A stretch of DNA of 64,000 bases from Klebsormidium nitens (taxonomy: Eukaryota > Plantae > Klebsormidiophyceae): NCBI GenBank assembly GCA_000708835.1, contig DF237212.1, forward strand, positions 1 through 64,000, written 5' to 3'. Under the pieces are notes generated by a model. The model had not been told where the DNA came from and did no database searches. It saw nothing but the letters and a program-made list of their open reading frames with translations. This document shows positions 48,698 through 60,920 of this stretch, piece by piece; the first letter of the stretch is position 1; each line of letters begins with the position of its first letter. Position numbers and translations under genes: made by a program.

Positions 48698-51600
48698 ATG
48701 GCGGCCCGCCTTTTGCAGCCCGTCGCTGCTCGAGTGAAACTCTGTTCAGATCTCGCCAAGGACCTGCGGGGTTGGATCGCGGCGTCCCAGCATCAAGTTC
48801 TCAGCACCGAGTCTTCTGTGGTAGGCATTGGGGCTCTTCTCTCCAGATTGTAACAGCTGCTGCAGTAATCCATTGGAGATTAAATTCTGTAAAAAAGCCT
48901 TGTGGCATTCAGCTGGGTGGTACAGTGTTTGTACAGCTTGATCTTGCGGAGTTCGGAGATTGCTATCTCCATAGACGACATGCAAGTTCTCTTGGCCCTT
49001 GGAAAAAAGTTTTCTGACCATGCAAAGCACATCAAGTTGCACGGAAAGAGAAAAGCTTGAACGCAGATGGCAATGCTGACAGTTTTTAAGTTCACCTTCG
49101 ATCTTAGACACCCTCCTTTCATTGTATCAACAATATTAGCAAACTCTAGAATTATCTGGACGGATTTCGATTTGGTTGAAATGCAGGGTGGCAAGAATAG
49201 GAAGGATAAAAACTTCTTATTTCTGAACCATTCCCTTTCCACACTTACGAGAGAATAACGGCTATTGTCACTCCTGTAGAGAGGCCCGGAGGCGCACCTG
49301 CACACTCGTTGCGGCGATGAAAGAGATGCACAGTGCAGCTATGAAATGCCTACCCCAAATCGAGACTCAGGTACAAAAGTTTACCCCATGTTTCATTTAC
49401 TCAATGAAGCATAGCTGCGCAGCTGCGCTGCATGAGATCTGTGTGGACGGCAGCTTCAGTGTAGCTTCCTCCTTTTTGATTCCATACCACCAGTGTGAAC
49501 AGATTTCGCATCTTTGTCGTTGTGCGTGCTATCCAATTGCAGGGTACCTGAAGTTTGATGTTATGCCTTTGCTGTACAGGTTCTGGCCGGCAGGATGGGT
49601 GGCACAGAGCGACCAGTGGCCTTGGGGGCCAGTGGCGCCACTGTTCCACCAGCGGAAGGGCTTTTGGCGCTCCAGGGGGCGTGCGACACTTTCATGCCAC
49701 GGGAACTGGTCAGTTGGTGCTCACTTACTCTTGATAACTTGTGTATCAAAGTACTATGCTGTCAGTCAATTGCTACTTGAACATAGACCCTATCGAAAGG
49801 GTAAAAAGGTGAACTTCATCGGTGACAGTTTTGTTTTGTTGTGTCATCTGTCGGTCTTCAAAGGCTGGATTGAGTCTTGCCGATCTGATCTGAACACGCT
49901 TTTGCAGGTGTAAAGCTTGCGCCAAAAAAGGACTTTTACGAGGTCCTAGGAGTGAAGAAGGGGGCATCAACGAGCGAGCTGAAGAAAGCCTATCATAAGG
50001 TGGGACTTTGTTGCAGAGTTTTGCAAAAAGGTCAGAAACCTACTGAAATACAATAGCTGTTCCAGCGTTGAGATTCCGCCCAGTAAGATAGAGCTTTGAT
50101 TCAATTCTTTGTCACTCCAGTTTGTCTCGAGCTTTGGCACGCCTGAGAATGGCGAAAGGATACTCACATGTTGGCAAACTGATTTTAAAAAGGGCCGTCT
50201 CTTGATGCTTTCAGCTTGCGAAGCAGTTTCATCCGGACATCAACAAGGACGACCCGTCCGCCAGCAAAAAGTTCCAAGAGGTTCAGCAGGCCTACGATGT
50301 AAGTCCTTGCCAGTTCACATTGCAGACACTTTTCGGCCTAAACGCTTTGCCACTAATCTGAGAGCGAATAGTAGGTCGGGCGCCATCTCGAGCCAGTCGC
50401 AACATGCCCTTTCTGCCTTGTATGCAAAGCAGACCTTTGAGCCTCTGTGCTGACTAGAGCGGCTTACGTCCTTCTAGGAAAGGGTGCAGGATGTTTGATT
50501 GCGATGGCCGCTTCTTGATTCTCATGTTCGATTCTGGCAAATCTTGATAGTCCTTGGGACGAAGAGGAGCTACGGCTTCGAAACAAAGTCTGAAGCTGAA
50601 CAGCATGGAGAAAGTGAGGGATGCAAGCGTCAGAGTGGGATCCCATCTTTGCACATTCGAAAGATCTGGCGATGTGAAAGTTTCATCGGACGATGTGTGG
50701 CTCTTCGTCGGACGTAGAGCTACACTTCGAAACCTGCAGATGTGCAGATTGGACAATCATTCTGCCTTGTGCAGGTCCTGAAAGACGATGAGAAGCGCAA
50801 CATGTACGATCAGCTGGGGCCGGACGGGTTTCAGCAGGCTGAGTCTGGGGGCATGCCAGGTGGCGGCTTCCAGGGGGGACCAGGCATGGGGGGATTTGAC
50901 ATGGGCGGCTTTGGCTTCGACTTCAGGCAGGGCGGAGGAGGGGGCTTTGAGGATGTGAGTGGTGCCACCATTAGGAGGCTTGCATAAGGCGTATCAAGTC
51001 TTGCTACGTTGAGTCCATCTTTCGAATTTTGCTAAACCCACAATCATTTAGAATCCTTCCGGCTGGGTCGTGCGTACGAGTCATTGAGTCTAGCTGGAGC
51101 ACTGCATTCATCACCGTGCCTTGAGTCAGCTTTGCAGAGTTGAGGACATAGCAAGCTTTGGTTGATCCAGTATTCGACACACTTCTAGTTAATGAATGGA
51201 AATCAAGTTTCTCGAATGTTTCTTTTAGAGAGGAGAGAGTGATCATGTCGCACTTGGTCGCGCAATAGAGTGGATCTTGCGGACCTCTAAGCACGTTTCG
51301 ATGGTAGAAGGGAACGAGAAGGGCACTCGAAAGTTGGCTCGAGGGTCGATTGAAGCGTGCTTAGATGACTACATTTTATGAAGCTGATTCGGAGCTTGTG
51401 GGCTTTTCTCTTTCAGCTCTTTGGAAATATGTTCAACATGGGGGGACGAGGGCAGCGGGGGCCGATTATGGGGCCGACTGTCCAGGTGAGGTCCGACGTC
51501 CTTCGAAATATCTTTCCACCTTTTGTCTATCTTCTCTTAGAGCGGGGGTGCCAATCGTCCAGCTGGTTTAGACTAGGCCTGAGTCCCTATCGGGGTCTCA

Positions 51601-54600
51601 CCCTGGAATCGGCAGGAATTTATGGGAGAGCTGAAGGAGAACTATGACGATCCTGAATCCGGCGCAAAGAAATCTGTTTCGAGAATGGGGTTGAAGATGT
51701 GCATGAGAGAGTCGTACCTGAGGTTAGAGATGCACGTGAGAGATAATTGAGCCGATAGGGTCTGATGACTTGACGTTCGTGCTCGGCAGAGTTCAAGTTC
51801 CAAGCAGACAAGGTCATTTTCCTGAACCGTTCCTTCGTCTCAGTATCTAGAAGGCAGCCTTCAGCTGACACCGTGCATCTGTGCATTTGCAGGTGCAAAT
51901 AACGCTCGACTTTATGGATGCAGTGAAAGGGACGGAAAGAGACATCTCGTACGAAGCGCCAGCGCGATGCAGGACCTGCAGTAAGAGGAACAACCCGCAA
52001 TTTGTTTCTTCTCTGGCCGCTTTTGGACCAGTTTGCTGGTCGCCAACTAGATCGGGACACTGATCACAACACTACCCCGCTGTGCTGAGCAAGAGCATGC
52101 AACAAGTGGCGACCATACCCTTTCGAAGCACTTGCTTATTAAGACCTCTCATTGATTGTGTGCGAACGATACTCCTGCCGAATGCTAACGTTCGCTCTTT
52201 CCTTCTGTCAGGCGGCACAGGTCTTCCGCCGGGAGAGAAGCCGGTTACGTGTAAAGACTGTAAAGGATCCGGCCGGGTGAGTAGCCACAAAGCACTTGAA
52301 AGCCCATGCTGCATGAAATTTGCACAAGTTGTTTCGATCCGTACATGCAGTCACAACTTGTGCAGTCCAATTCGCTCATGCGGCGACCTGGATCATTCTC
52401 CCCTTTCACCCTCCAATCTGTGGATGGAGCACGCGAGATTTTTGGAGCTTGCGAGGGTTCTCAAAAGAACCGTTGTTTCCACCAATACTTTTGGCGCTGA
52501 CCTGGGCTGCCTCTCTTTCGCAGATTCAGCAAGGGGGTCGCGGTGTCATGATGGAGTATCTCTGCCCCACGTGTCAAGGCACCGGCACGATCGTCAAGGT
52601 AGCATCTCTTTCCGCCGCTCGGCCTCGCGCCTCTCATGTCTTCACAGTGAAAGCTTCTCGTGTCTTTCGCGCTTCTCCCCGCCGTTGCTGCTTACCCCGC
52701 TTCCACGTGTGACGTTGCTCCACCAACAAACTCCTTATCAAATGGTTGCATTACTCAGCCGACCGTTTGACTTGTACGGGTACAGAAGCTACTCGGTCAT
52801 CCCGTACAGAAGCTACTCGGGAATCGTGGTCTTGGATCTTGGAAGCAACTTACTACTAGCTTCGAGGCTTTGAAGCCGTATTGAAGTGACGGCGCTTGTT
52901 CATGGGAAACAGACGGAGAACTGTTTTTATCATCTTCTTCTGCCCTACTGTGCTCGAACGTCGGGCCCATGGTCGCGCTGTCTGGAGCGCAGACGGGACA
53001 CCTGTCACTTCGATACAAGCTCAATGAACCGGTATTGTGCTCCCCATGCAGAATCATTGCCGGACCTGCGCTGGGGAAGGGGTCGAGTTACAGGTGAAGC
53101 GCACCAGAATCAAGATTCCTGCAGGTAAGCAGCCGCCAAGGTCTGCTGAACGCTGCAATAGGCCCTTTTGCGAGGACCAGGCAGGATCACGTGCCTTGCT
53201 ATGGGTTTCATAGAGTGTTCGTTGAGGCAACTGGGCGCCCGTGACCGTTTGCGGTTTGCTTAGATACGAATGGCTTTCCTGTTGGTGAGGTGGCTGTCAA
53301 AGTCACACTCATCGGCATTCAAGGTAGCCTGCCGAACACTACAGGAAGTCCCTCTTATTATCAAAGACCGGTGGCCGTTTCTTTGCAGCTTCAAACATGC
53401 TCTCGGTCAAGCAACTTGTTCCGATGTGTGAAGCGACGGCGCTGTCGAGTGGTTTGCCTTCGAGATAGTCAGAAAAAGAACCTCACTGATTCTTTCATGT
53501 CGGGTGCATTCAAAGGACCAGTCTTTCCGTCCAGGCATCGACACTGGCCAGGAGATGAAGCTGGTGGGGCAGGGGGGTGAAGCGCCCGGGAAAGCACCCC
53601 CCGGGGACCTGGTCGTGATAGTGGCGGTGATGGAGCACCCGGTGTTTAAAAGGCAGGGCTACGACATCCACGTGGAGGCCAGCGTCAGCATGACGCAGGT
53701 AGAATTCTCTTTCGCTGTTTCTCTTCCAGATCTGTGGAAGATTACGGAATGCAGTATGGCTACATAGCTCTCGACTTCGTCGAACTGATGCGAACGGGAG
53801 AATGGCTAGTCCTCTTCTTTCAGTTTCTGAAGAGGTCACTCAAGACGTGCAAAAAGTTGATGGCTGTCCGGTGATTTCCCCAGGTCCGCCGTTCATTATC
53901 TAACTGGCTCTAAAGTTCCAAATAGGCGTGCTGCTATCAGTTTCACCCGAGGCGCCAGGTGCTTTGATATGGCAGCTGCACCAATGAAGAAAGTTGTAAT
54001 TTAACGTTCTTTGCTTACTACCGAGGCGCCGCTTAGAAATGGCCCGGTTCCGATCATTTCACATGCTTATTTGAGTGTACGTCACCTACTTCGTCAGGCG
54101 TTAGGTTGACCGAAGTTTTGTGGTACAGGCCGCCCTGGGGGCTAAGGTCCGAGTGCCCACGTTGACTGGCGACGTCCTGCTGAAGGTCCCAGAGGGGACC
54201 GAAGCCGGCGACCAAACAGTAATGAGAGGGAAAGGTGAGTTTCTGCGCTTGACATTAGTGTCTGTTCTTAACTTTGAAGACGGCTGAGCAGTCGGGGCTT
54301 TGTTGCCTCTGGCAAAAGACGAACCAGCAATCTGTGGCTACGGTTTTGGATGCGTGTATTGGCCGCTCATTTGTGACCAAGAAAGCGTGCTGGTAGTGCA
54401 GTCAGCTTGCTTGATTCGCTATCCTTTCACTGACATGTGCATGATACTGATGTTTCTGTGGTTGTGCCTACAGGTATCAAGCACATTCGCCAGGATCGGT
54501 ATGGTAACGAGTTCGTGCATTTCCACGTGGTCACGCCAAAGTGAGTTCGACTTGCGATTTTCTCTTGCCGGGGCGCTGTATCTTCATTCCTACTCGCCGT

Positions 54601-54932
54601 GAACAACTTGCAACGTCTATGCATCAGCCAAATTGGCTTTGCAGACGACCCCGCGTTTAGCCTCGAAAGAAGGATATGCGTCGCCAATCAGAAGCTGCGT
54701 GTGATCGAGGCGATGCTGGACATCTTTGGGGAGGCCTCGTAGACGACATTGCCTGAAGGATTTTATCTTTATTTTAGCAATGTTTTTTGACCTAATCTTC
54801 TGAGCTCGTACTGTTGCTTGCCTCTACAGGAAGCTCACGAGCCGGCAGCGGCAGCTGCTGGAAGACCTTTCGAAGGAGTTCGGGGAACGAGAAGGGGACC
54901 ATCAAAGCGAGGAGAGGGCAGCAAGCGGCTAG
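48698..54932 (+). CDS. Type I DnaJ/Hsp40, mitochondrial (GFA2/Mdj1/DNAJA3-like); about 15 exons
   Basis: Presequence-like start MAARLLQP.. and GVRHFHATG (about 49680-49710). J-domain exons 49908-49999 ([15 protein letters not shown]), 50215-50298 (HPD) and 50775-50954 (G/F-rich). Four CxxCxGxG repeats ([32 protein letters not shown]) in exons 51893-51980, 52212-52276, 52524-52598 and 53052-53124. C-terminal exons 53535-53698 ([17 protein letters not shown]), 54129-54234, 54474-54540 and 54830-54932. The 5' exons are less certain. Confidence 0.94.
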
Positions 54933-56253
54933 GGCTGGAGCGCGCTCAAGGAACTTAAGCAGGCTGGGGTGCCTGCATGTCTGCCCGAGATCAAGGGCGC
55001 ATGTGCTACTACTGTAACTGCAGCCAGACTTTCACTGTCATACATGCGCTATTCCTCTCCATGGCCAACCAAATGAAGGTTGGTTAACACTGTAGTAAGC
55101 GCAAATTTCATTGAGCTTATAGCATGCGCAGAATAACAAAATCTGTGAATTGCATTAGTTGTACGTTTTCCGCTATATGTGGCAAACTTAATCAGAAGCT
55201 GCTGCAGTCGGTGACATTACCTCAAGTCCTGGACTATGTATATAGATTGCCTGCGGATCGAGATTTTCTTCGCCAATTAATGCCTCCGTATTGCAAGATG
55301 TATTGCAGCAGGTCTAGGTGCTATTTATAGTAACATGTGGCGAAACCTTCGTATATGCTATAAACAAAAGCTTGATTTGGGACTAGTATCTGGCAGCGCG
55401 CGCGCGCCTCACCATGCCATGCTTAATCTGTATATCGAGCTGATTGAGTGCTGTTCATTAATCACCCACTTCGAGGATCTAGAATTTGTAGATTGAGCTG
55501 GCATCAAATTGTGTGCACGAACTGTCAGCAGGTGTCGACGCAATCGATGAGTCCCGAATGAGAAACTTAGCATGCATGCTTTAAGCATATGTAACGTCAT
55601 GAGTCCTAAGCGATGATTAGTACCGGTTTGAATGGCCGGAAGCAATGATCGTGGTACGTCGCAGCATTTGCATGCATAATAATTGCGACGTGCATGCTTG
55701 GTATTGCAAGTATTTGCAAATTATAGGCCCATTGGGAGCCTATATATATTGTGTACAATATACACGCGTAATAGACTTTGCCTTGATTAGCTGAATTGAA
55801 ATACATGCCGTCCCCTATAGCTGGACGTACATTTATGCCATGCAGCCGCGTCAAGCTGTTGGTTGATTCGGCTATATGCATGTGTGAGCGGCTAATATAC
55901 TGCCAGATTTCATCCAGAAATCATCCATTTGCGATTGCCAATGTCTATCCTCTTGCGATCCGAGGTCGCTTCTGCTACCGTCGGCCTCTTCAATCATTAC
56001 GCACATGCATACTGGGCCTCAGCTACCCGGGCATGCGGCATTTAATCCTAGCTTGATTGGCCATAATACTATGAACCAACTACGGATGCTGACACATGAT
56101 CTCTTCCAGACTTTTAAGGGGCTACCTGTCTACCTGCATGTGATTGTTACTATCGTCTGATGGCCTTCATCTATCAAAACGTGACAAAGTCATTACAGTA
56201 CTTGACGGAAGTTCCTGTATTGCCGATGCCGCCCCTGCCACCGAGATGCACCA

Positions 56254-58563
56254 CTAGCTGCAGAGCTGTCGACATAAGGAGGGATCGTTGGTAATGACAC
56301 CACTTACTCCTAGATTAACTTGGTGCCTCAGTTCCGGCAGATCGTCCGCTACCCAGGCAACGACCTGCCTTCCCGTATGCATAGCGTTTGTATCCATCAC
56401 CAGATCAGTCTTCGACCAGTGATTAGCCAACCATTTGACTTCCTTCAGAAAGTTTTTACCGTCGTAGACCTCCTGCGGATGGAGAATGTAAGCTGTACCT
56501 GCAAGCACGCGTCTGACTGTGTTAGCTAATGACATTTTCCCGGAATGGACTCGCCCTTAGTTCTGATGCCTCCTACGCACTCTAGCCCTTCTGGGACGTT
56601 CTAAACCCACATGAACACGCAAGCGGATCGGTTCTAATCGGCGTCCTAAGCCACCACGAGTCTCGAAGAGAGTCTCCAATCGTCCTTCGCAGCGCATTCA
56701 GTGCATTCTCACCTAAAACGAAAGCTGTTGTGCCGCCACTTTGTCGCCTGCCCAGCTCCATCGTCAGTTGGTCTATCAGACGGTGGTTGAAGCTGGCAAA
56801 CAGCACCCGGAGTCGTTGCTGTGTTCTGCCACCAGTATGGTCTGGATGCTCCAGCGAGTCGAGCAACTCCATCAGCGACCGCACGAAACGCTTTTCAAAC
56901 TGCCGAGATGAACAGCGTACTGTCGACGGGGCCTTGTGGATAGCCTTACTGGATGCGCCTGGCAACGAGGGGGGCTCACAGTTAGAGACCAGACGGTTCA
57001 CACGATGACAGATGAGATTGGTTCGTAATTGAAGTAATGGATTTCGGACAACATCAAGGTCAGTAGTTCGAGTGCAAACAACACGAATTTTTGTGAACGG
57101 CTGATCTTCTCTCTCTGTTGAAAGGAAGGTACACACTGTCAGTAGGAATGGGGTGATTCCTCGGAAGTGCAAAAATTTCTAGGAACAACGTACGTGCATG
57201 ACGTGGAAGCAACTTGTCTTGCATTCAGGGATGGAACTCTTCAGCTGCAATAACTCATCACAAGCATTTGAAATCAAGGTAATCAGCATCTTCGAAAGAA
57301 GCTTGGTCTGTTGATCAATTGCAACATATAAAGAGAGTGACATCTTGCAGCTCAGAACACGTTTTTCAAATGCAACGAGGTTCACACCTCTAAAGTTTAC
57401 ATATGTGGCAACATCGAGGAATGTAATCAGAGCAGCTCCATCCTCAAAAGGCTGTGCTTTTGTGTCGCTCCTTTAGTATGGAAGTCAAAATGGTGGCAGT
57501 TCACAGACAGAGGACACATAGGTAACTGGATGGATTGCACTTTAACCACAAATGCTATCATCAGATGTCGGCGCATCCTCAAGAAGAACAGCTTCAGATT
57601 AGACTTATACCACTCACCGACATCCCAGTAGTCCTCATTAGAGCTGCCCTCATCGGTGGTGGTATCGCAGCGCGCTTCCGCTTTCAGCTCCACTACCATC
57701 TGCAGTTCCTCTTTCCAAAGGAACTCCAAGACTCCGCCCAGGCTGGGCACCGGTGTGCTTGCAAACTCCGGCCCAAACCAGCCCCCTGCATCGAGCTCCT
57801 TGATCTCGCTTAGACACATGTCTTCAACTCTCGGTTGCACGTCCGCTTCAACAAGCTTGCGGCCCTTTCTTTGAAGATTGTCATCGGTGGTGCGGTCAAT
57901 TGTTATGGTGCGTGATAGACTGATTGAATGGACGTCTTCTCGTGGCCCGCCAGCTAACGATGCCAAGTCTCTTCCCGACCTTTGAGCAGTTGGGTGTCTC
58001 CGCTGAGACTGAGCGCCCCATCGTCCCCCAGAATCCCAGCCCGTCAGTGCCCGCTTGACACCCTTCTTTGCGACAGGAAGCTTGGCGCTGCTGTAGTACT
58101 TCTCCCGCATCGTTCTCTCGTGCATCACAACCAGCCCATCGTCCGCCGTCATGTGGACGTCCATCTCCAAGCAATTAGCTCCGAGCTCAATCGCAGCTCG
58201 GAAAGCTGCGAGCGTGTTCTCCGGCGCCATAATGCGGGCCCCCCGATGGCCGCAGCACGCAATGCTGCCGAGCTCTAGGCCCAGCTGGCATGTCCCACCC
58301 GACACTGTGACTGACGCACCTTTCGAAACCGGTAGTTCGACACTCTCGCTCCTTCCGAGGACTTGTTCAGTAAGGAAACCCCCATCAGGGAGAGGGCTGG
58401 AGGGGCCGTCATGGATCTTTTGAAAGGTATCCTTTTCTGAATGGGAGAGCGTTCTACGGATAAAAATCAGACCGAAGAAGAGACATGCCCCCAACAATAG
58501 AATTGCTCTCCAGATGCCATGCTCCCAGCGAATTGTACCAGGACTTGGTCCCCTTTTGCCCAT
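56254..58563 (-). CDS. Glycerophosphodiester phosphodiesterase (single GDPD domain) with an N-terminal signal anchor
   Basis: MGKRG..WRAILLLGACLFFGLIFIRR (TM). Catalytic motifs CGHRGA..APENTLAAF, LEMDVH, LVVMH, IDRTT, LDAGGWFGPEF..PVPSL, VELK, FASFN, VVAWV and GVSGVITNDP. Exons are about 58563-57541, one around 56900-56600, and 56498-56254; internal boundaries are uncertain. Confidence 0.9.
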
Positions 58564-59786
58564 TGTTGGTGGGCAAAGGACACCATTGATTGCAGCCGGC
58601 AAGCCGCAGCCTGAGGCTGAGGCCCATGCAGGGGCGCGGCGCCCACAAAATGCCTGCACTTGAAGAACTAGGAGCGGCAAAGGTTCAAGAGACTGCCAAG
58701 GACCACCTCGGATTAGGAGTCTCATCGAACGGTCTCACTTTCATGCGTGGGCCTACGGAATGCAACGCTACAAACCGTCGATCTGACTGTGCGAGTATCT
58801 GACGCTTTATGACGTCAAAGTCCAACCGCTCACCGTTGAAGAAGGGGCCTTGTTTGAGACTTCCTCGTGCGTTCAGTGCAGAAATGGTAATTGGATTCTC
58901 AGAGCACACCACGTGCGTGTGGGAATACAAGGCCCTTTGCATCTCCCATCAGGGAGGAGAAGTGCGTGGCTCCTGTGAACGAATCACGGTATTCCAGCTG
59001 GACTCGACATGTGATGAATCTGCATGACGAATCAGCTTCGAGGGTCGCACGAGCGCTGCGCAAGGCAGAAGTAGGCTCAGAAGCGGCCTTCGGTTGGCGT
59101 GCACAAACTTCCAGCACGCACCCTTATAGAGTTTTGCATTGATCTGCTTGTGCTTTACAGATCGTTCATTTGTAAGATTTTGTCAATCGAACGGATCACA
59201 AGCGATAATGGTCTTGTCCATCGTGGCATGAGTGCGCGTCTAGAGGTTGTCCGAGAAGTTTCATCTGATGTCACTTTTCGATGTTTATCCTTCCATCTTT
59301 CCGACAAGCATTAGAAGCCAATGAGGACAGTTCGTAACGCGCAACTGGCGTCGAAGTCAAGGGGCAGCGAGCGAACCCAAGGACCATTCGATGCGAGTGC
59401 TGCAACTGAGATGTTACACACGTCCTCTATCGGCCAGGCTGCTTCTGCAACTTCGCAAAGCAGTCTGTTTCGATCCAGATGCGTCCTACCGGTCTGTTGA
59501 TGAGCTCAGTCTTGCAGCTGAGGAAGAAGCGAAGACTCGAGCATGTGTACGGTTCGTTCCCCTTGTCTGGTCTGGTCTGCAAGCGCCCCCTGATTCTGAG
59601 TTCTTGATGCTTGCACTGCATTGCGCCCCCATCCAGCAACCGCCCCTCAGAACACTTCTGGTGCTATACCTACCTAGGCAGGCAATTGAAAAGGCGCTTC
59701 GTCAATCTTGCCACACTGCAAATCTGCGCAAATCCTGATTGGAATTGACTCGCTCATTGCAAGCTGTCTGCCTTGATCGTGCAAAG

Positions 59787-60920
59787 ATGAACTTCTTCGG
59801 TCGTCGCCTCTCTTTGGATACGTCTCGAAATGGAGCTGCGGAGGATTCCCCTGTGAGCACCCCTGTTGGCACCCCGACCTCGCCAGGTGAGGGTGCAGCA
59901 GGTGTATGCTTGGTTCAGCACTGTGTTGGCTTATTTCTTAAAAAGAGCTTTGTGCTCAGAGGTTTGCAATTGCTTTCTGACACTGGTTCTTGAAATTCTG
60001 AGAACACAGGCTGCTAAAGCTCCTTTGTTTCAATCCCAATTAAACCTTGACATTCTGTGGGTGTCCTGCATAATGTGTACTTGTTGCTTCATGTTTCAAG
60101 GGATTGCGTCTTGCCATTTTTGTTGTGCTGTGTTTGCGATGATATATGGACTTGAAAAGGGAATCAATTAGCAGATATTCGCTTTGCCATTGTGACTTCT
60201 ACAATTTGGCCTCATCCAATCAGGGAAGGGGACTGGGTGCACAGGCATTTGGAGTAGTGCCGTAGGAGGCCGATTGTATGTATTTTCTGGTTTCTACAAG
60301 TATAGTAGTTAGGTTGCAGTTTGGGACCGTCTAGGACAAATTGCTGCTCATGCAGCCTTGGCAATACCCTGTTCTCTAGGGTTTAGGAAATTGCGTCTGT
60401 TTTGTATAATCAGATCAAACCCTTGGTCTTATCAAGTATGGTGATACATTACTTCTCAATTCAAAAGTTATTTTGATTCCCTTAGCAAAGAAGCCCTGCA
60501 TTCCCCTATTCCTCATGCTTAGTCACTAGCTGTGCATAATCTGTCAAGCGCTGGCCAGCGGAAAAATGATCAGACTTACTCTCTTTCTGACAAGGATGGG
60601 AATGCTTGAGGAGCCGGTTCTGGGACCAAAACTTAACCGCATCGCCCTGTTATGCAGGTATGTGGAAGGGCAACCCGCAGCTCAGCAGCAGCAAACCCAT
60701 CAACATTCCCCAGGGAAACAGCCGCATGGCACCCGCTGAGGACGACAGGACCCCATCTTTGCTGCAGTCTGCATCCTCGAAGCTGCTGGCCCGTGCTCAG
60801 AGTGCCCCGAACCCCCACATCGAGCGCCCCACGTCCTATGATGAGCGTGCTGACCCCGAGAGCAACGTCATCGGGGAGCGGCTGCTCTGGTGGTTGCTGT
60901 TCCCCCCCGGAAACTTTTGA
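59787..60920 (+). CDS. Small (about 120 aa) Ser/Pro-rich disordered protein of unknown family; 2 exons
   Basis: Exon 59787-59886 (donor CAG|GTGAGG; alternative donor at 59901) joins exon 60658-60920 in phase 1: MNFFGRRLSLDTSRNGAAEDSPVSTPVGTPTSPGMWKGNPQLSSSKPINIPQGNSRMAPAEDDRTPSLLQSASSKLLARAQSAPNPHIERPTSYDERADPESNVIGERLLWWLLFPPGNF. Exon 2 has coding-like codon usage. Confidence 0.6.

Noticed and set aside
60377-60387. TAGGGTTTAGG telomere-like word in an intron
   Set aside because: Only about 1.5 units; compatible with chance or an isolated telo-box.
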